Below, piece after piece: positions 61,130-64,000 of a DNA stretch of 64,000 nucleotides. Source of the stretch: Bdellovibrionales bacterium (GTDB taxonomy: Bacteria; Bdellovibrionota; Bdellovibrionia; Bdellovibrionales; JAUICD01); the NCBI GenBank assembly GCA_965197425.1, contig CBDANC010000015.1, positions 256,001-320,000 on the forward strand, written 5' to 3'. The notes beneath the pieces are model-generated. The model was not told where the DNA came from. It made no database searches and worked only from the letters and a program-made list of their open reading frames with translations. Position 1 is the stretch's first letter. Every line of letters starts with the position of its first letter. The translations under genes and the position numbers were made by a program.

Positions 61130-61330
61130 AACTTCTCCATAAAAACTTATGATACAGCTAATATCTCTTAAAAACTAAATGGTGTTAGCAAAAAGTCTTG
61201 GATATTAAACACACCAACAGAGTGTCAATTCGGAAATAATAGTAATAACTTAAGCGGGTACGTACTCTAAGAAAGATACTAAGGACTTTATATCAATTTT
61301 CTGGTCAAAAGTCAATTCAAAGCTTTGTAT

Positions 61331-62836
61331 TTAACCTTCGTTTGCAGCCCTTTTATCTAGATCATATTTGGATATTTTCATCAATAATCCTGCTCTTGAG
61401 ATTCCTAGCTCTCGGGCTAGTTTTGATTTGTTTCCTCCGGTTCTTTTTAATCCTTCAATGATCATGTGTCGCTCTATATTTTTAATAGATCCTTTTAAGG
61501 AGTCAGCGATAACCGGGACATTTGTTTCTACATTTTTAGTTATTCTAGAGGATAGTAAATTAACATCAATTACTCCCTCATCTGAAGATAGAATTACTAA
61601 CCTTTCTATTTCGTTTTGAAGTTCACGAATATTTCCTGGCCATTTATATTCACAAAATTTTTCCATAGCAATTTTTGACAAAGTTTTTCTTTTTCCTGTT
61701 CTATCTTGTGCGCCACTCAAAAAATACTCTACTAAAAGTGGTATATCCTCTATTCTTTCCCTAAGAGGTGGGACATGAATATCCACAACATTTAATCTGT
61801 AATATAGATCTTCTCTGAACAACTTTTTTTCTACTAATTCCGCTAGTGGTTTGTTGGTGGCTGCAATTATTCTTACATCCACATGTTTTTGTTGCACACT
61901 TCCTACTGGGGTAAATGTTCCTTCTTGTAAAACTCTTAGTAACTTAACTTGCATTGCAGGTGATGTATCACCTATCTCATCTAAGAAAAATGTCCCCCTA
62001 TGCGCTTCTTCAAATAGCCCCTTTTTTTCTCTAATGGCACCAGTAAATGCTCCCTTTGCATGACCAAATAGCTCAGACTCTAACAGATTGTCATTAAATG
62101 CAGAGCAGTTTTGGATCACGAATGACTTGTCTTTTCTAGGAGAGTTGTAGTGGACAGACCTTGCGATTAATTCTTTTCCAGTTCCATTTTCTCCTTGTAT
62201 TAGCACCGTGCTTTCTGTTGATTTTATTTTATTTAGTAGCGCGTAGACTTTTCTGATTGATTTAGATTGTCCAATCATATCGTCATATTTATATTTGCTA
62301 CCTAGCTGTTGATTTAACTCATTTATTCTTTCATCTCTATTGGCTATTTCTATTTGAAATACTACAACTTCTTTAGCAACTAGGGTTGATAAGTCCAAAA
62401 AATGTTGTATTTGATAATCATCAAATCGATAAATGTCATTTATATTGATTTCACCAAAAGACTCCAGTTTTGTTGAAACTCTGTTTTTGTCTTTAAAAAA
62501 GCCTAGAGTGATCACAGCACCCATAATATTGCCGTTCATTACTATGGGAAATATGGCACAGTCTAGACCACAATAGTCCCAATTAATGATCACATTATCT
62601 TCTTTAGAATTTGCTAGTTTAGCTATCTGATCTGCTATCAAGGCAGATAGATGTACTTTTGCTTCATCAGAATCAAGTATTTTTTTAACTATTTCATTAC
62701 CGAGTTTGTCAAATTCAGGAGACTTTATGTTTCCAAATGTGTCGGCGAATAGCACGTCAATATTCCACCAAGAAGACAATATCTCCCTTAGTTTCTTTAT
62801 CACATGCATGTGATCTAATTCATTCCATACAATCAT
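61331..62836 (-). CDS. Sigma-54-dependent activator with N-terminal PocR-like sensor domain
   Basis: GENGTGKE, GAFTGA, FFLDEIG, FREDLYYRL, WPGNIREL, Fis-HTH; N-terminal 'CGL...IFPI...IMGAV' PocR-like. Confidence 0.9.
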   Translation of the reverse strand: MIVWNELDHMHVIKKLREILSSWWNIDVLFADTFGNIKSPEFDKLGNEIVKKILDSDEAKVHLSALIADQIAKLANSKEDNVIINWDYCGLDCAIFPIVMNGNIMGAVITLGFFKDKNRVSTKLESFGEININDIYRFDDYQIQHFLDLSTLVAKEVVVFQIEIANRDERINELNQQLGSKYKYDDMIGQSKSIRKVYALLNKIKSTESTVLIQGENGTGKELIARSVHYNSPRKDKSFVIQNCSAFNDNLLESELFGHAKGAFTGAIREKKGLFEEAHRGTFFLDEIGDTSPAMQVKLLRVLQEGTFTPVGSVQQKHVDVRIIAATNKPLAELVEKKLFREDLYYRLNVVDIHVPPLRERIEDIPLLVEYFLSGAQDRTGKRKTLSKIAMEKFCEYKWPGNIRELQNEIERLVILSSDEGVIDVNLLSSRITKNVETNVPVIADSLKGSIKNIERHMIIEGLKRTGGNKSKLARELGISRAGLLMKISKYDLDKRAANEG

Positions 62837-62890
62837 AAGCCAAAACCCTTATCTGTTTATGATCGGAATAGTAGCCCAGTAAATTAAGTT

Positions 62891-63001
62891 AAAGGTCTTC
62901 CGAACGAGGCTAAAACAAGTGGACTTGTTCACTTTTTTAGCCGAGTGGTTGCCCAGCTTTGTAGGTATAAATACGACAAGAGTCACTTAAAGGTCTTCTA
63001 A
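62891..63001 (+). repeat. Copy of dispersed palindromic intergenic repeat
   Basis: aaggtcttccgaacgaGGCTAAAAcaAGTGgAC-tt-GTTCACTttTTTAGCCgagtggttgcccagc, with a second aaaggtcttc 98 nt downstream. Confidence 0.85.
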
Positions 63002-63187
63002 TCAGGCAGTCGGGTAATCTGATTTGGTTCCGCTAATGGACCTTTAGGTGTTCTTACATAATTTATATAGAAAAGCTTGATGGGAGGAAATTTTTTTGGC
63101 TAGAAAAATTAAGAATCAATTGCCAGATTCCATAAGTTATCTCCTTTTTTTAGACTGCCTGTCTGCCCGACTGCTTGTTTGCCCGAT

Positions 63188-64000
63188 CTATACTAAGTAT
63201 TCTTTTAAATAAGGAGCCGTGGCAGACTTAGGGTTTTTTAGAATATCCATTGTACTTCCCTGAAAAACCACACTTCCACCATATTTGCCCCCACCAGGAC
63301 CTAACTCAATTATATAGTCAGATGCTGCAATCATGTCCAAATTATGTTCTATAACAACCACACTGGAGCCGAACTCAATTAAACTATCTATTATATCTAA
63401 CAACATTGAAATTTCATTAGGGTGTAAACCAACTGTAGGCTCATCCAACAAATACATAATCTTTCCACGCTTAGATGTATTAAGCTCTTTGGATATTTTG
63501 AGCCTTTGAGATTCTCCACCACTTAAGTCCTTGGTAGATTGACCAATCTTCAAGTAGCCTAAACCAACTTTCTGTAAAATCTGTAATGTTCTTTTAATAT
63601 TTTTGTTTTCTTTAAAAAAATCTAATGCTTCATTCACTGTTAAGTTTAAAATGTCATAAATATTTTTACCCCTGAGTCTTGCTCTTAAGATTCCCTTTTT
63701 AAACTTTTTTCCATTGCAGTCTTCACAAATGATCTTTATGTCATCCATAAATCCCATATCTTCAGTAACAAAACCAGTGCCCTCACATGTATCACACCTA
63801 CCACCAACAAGATTTATACTAAAATAAGAGGCTGAATAACCATTCTTCTTAGAATACTCTAACTCTGACATCCCTTTTCTTATTTCATCATATATACCAA
63901 CATAGGTTGCTGGCATACTTCTTAGTGTTCTACCTATTGTGTCTTGATCTATCAAAATCACATCATCTAAGCCAATGAAACCATCTAAACTTTCATACTC
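63188..64000 (-). CDS. uvrA: Excinuclease ABC subunit A, C-terminal part (5'-truncated by the window edge)
   Basis: GGRCDTCEGTG and CEDCNG zinc finger, LSGGESQR, LLDEPTVGLH, VIEHNLD, LGPGGG; frame open to base 64000. Confidence 0.93.
   Translation of the reverse strand, partial: EYESLDGFIGLDDVILIDQDTIGRTLRSMPATYVGIYDEIRKGMSELEYSKKNGYSASYFSINLVGGRCDTCEGTGFVTEDMGFMDDIKIICEDCNGKKFKKGILRARLRGKNIYDILNLTVNEALDFFKENKNIKRTLQILQKVGLGYLKIGQSTKDLSGGESQRLKISKELNTSKRGKIMYLLDEPTVGLHPNEISMLLDIIDSLIEFGSSVVVIEHNLDMIAASDYIIELGPGGGKYGGSVVFQGSTMDILKNPKSATAPYLKEYLV

Noticed and set aside
471..62063. Numerous short (about 60-150 aa) ORFs nested in or antisense to longer genes
   Set aside because: They overlap well-supported genes and show no motifs; treated as shadow ORFs

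Overview
AT-rich bacterial chromosomal segment. Gene content (housekeeping core, two sigma-54 activators, many orphan Sec-secreted proteins, a TadE-like pilin, FliA-like promoter motifs) suggests a Bdellovibrionota-like organism; this is an inference. Core genes: hemJ-valS-rnr-ubiB, TRAP/TAXI, a CPA1 antiporter, a K+ channel, rph-rdgB, gloB, an NSS transporter, mepA-like, tsaC, tRNA-Ala(GGC), secA, polA, FKBP, IHF/HU, O-antigen ligase, GT4 and a partial uvrA. Accessory structure: (i) an island remnant at 1-3.3 kb with a DUF5677-like gene and a DUF3892-like pseudogene; (ii) a 12-kb divergent cluster of six unannotatable signal-peptide proteins, four with internal hydrophobic segments; (iii) five exported ankyrin proteins, four arranged as a duplicated two-gene cassette flanking secA; (iv) a compact defence island with an MTase-Mrr fusion, divergent XRE regulator and operator, dinD, and a small TM protein + ThsB-like TIR + AbiJ/HEPN-like triad lacking ThsA; (v) a dispersed palindromic REP-like repeat family; (vi) a recurring TAAA-N16-WCCGA promoter motif. 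No CRISPR array, rRNA, integrase or transposase was seen. All family assignments are from motif recognition by eye, not database searches.
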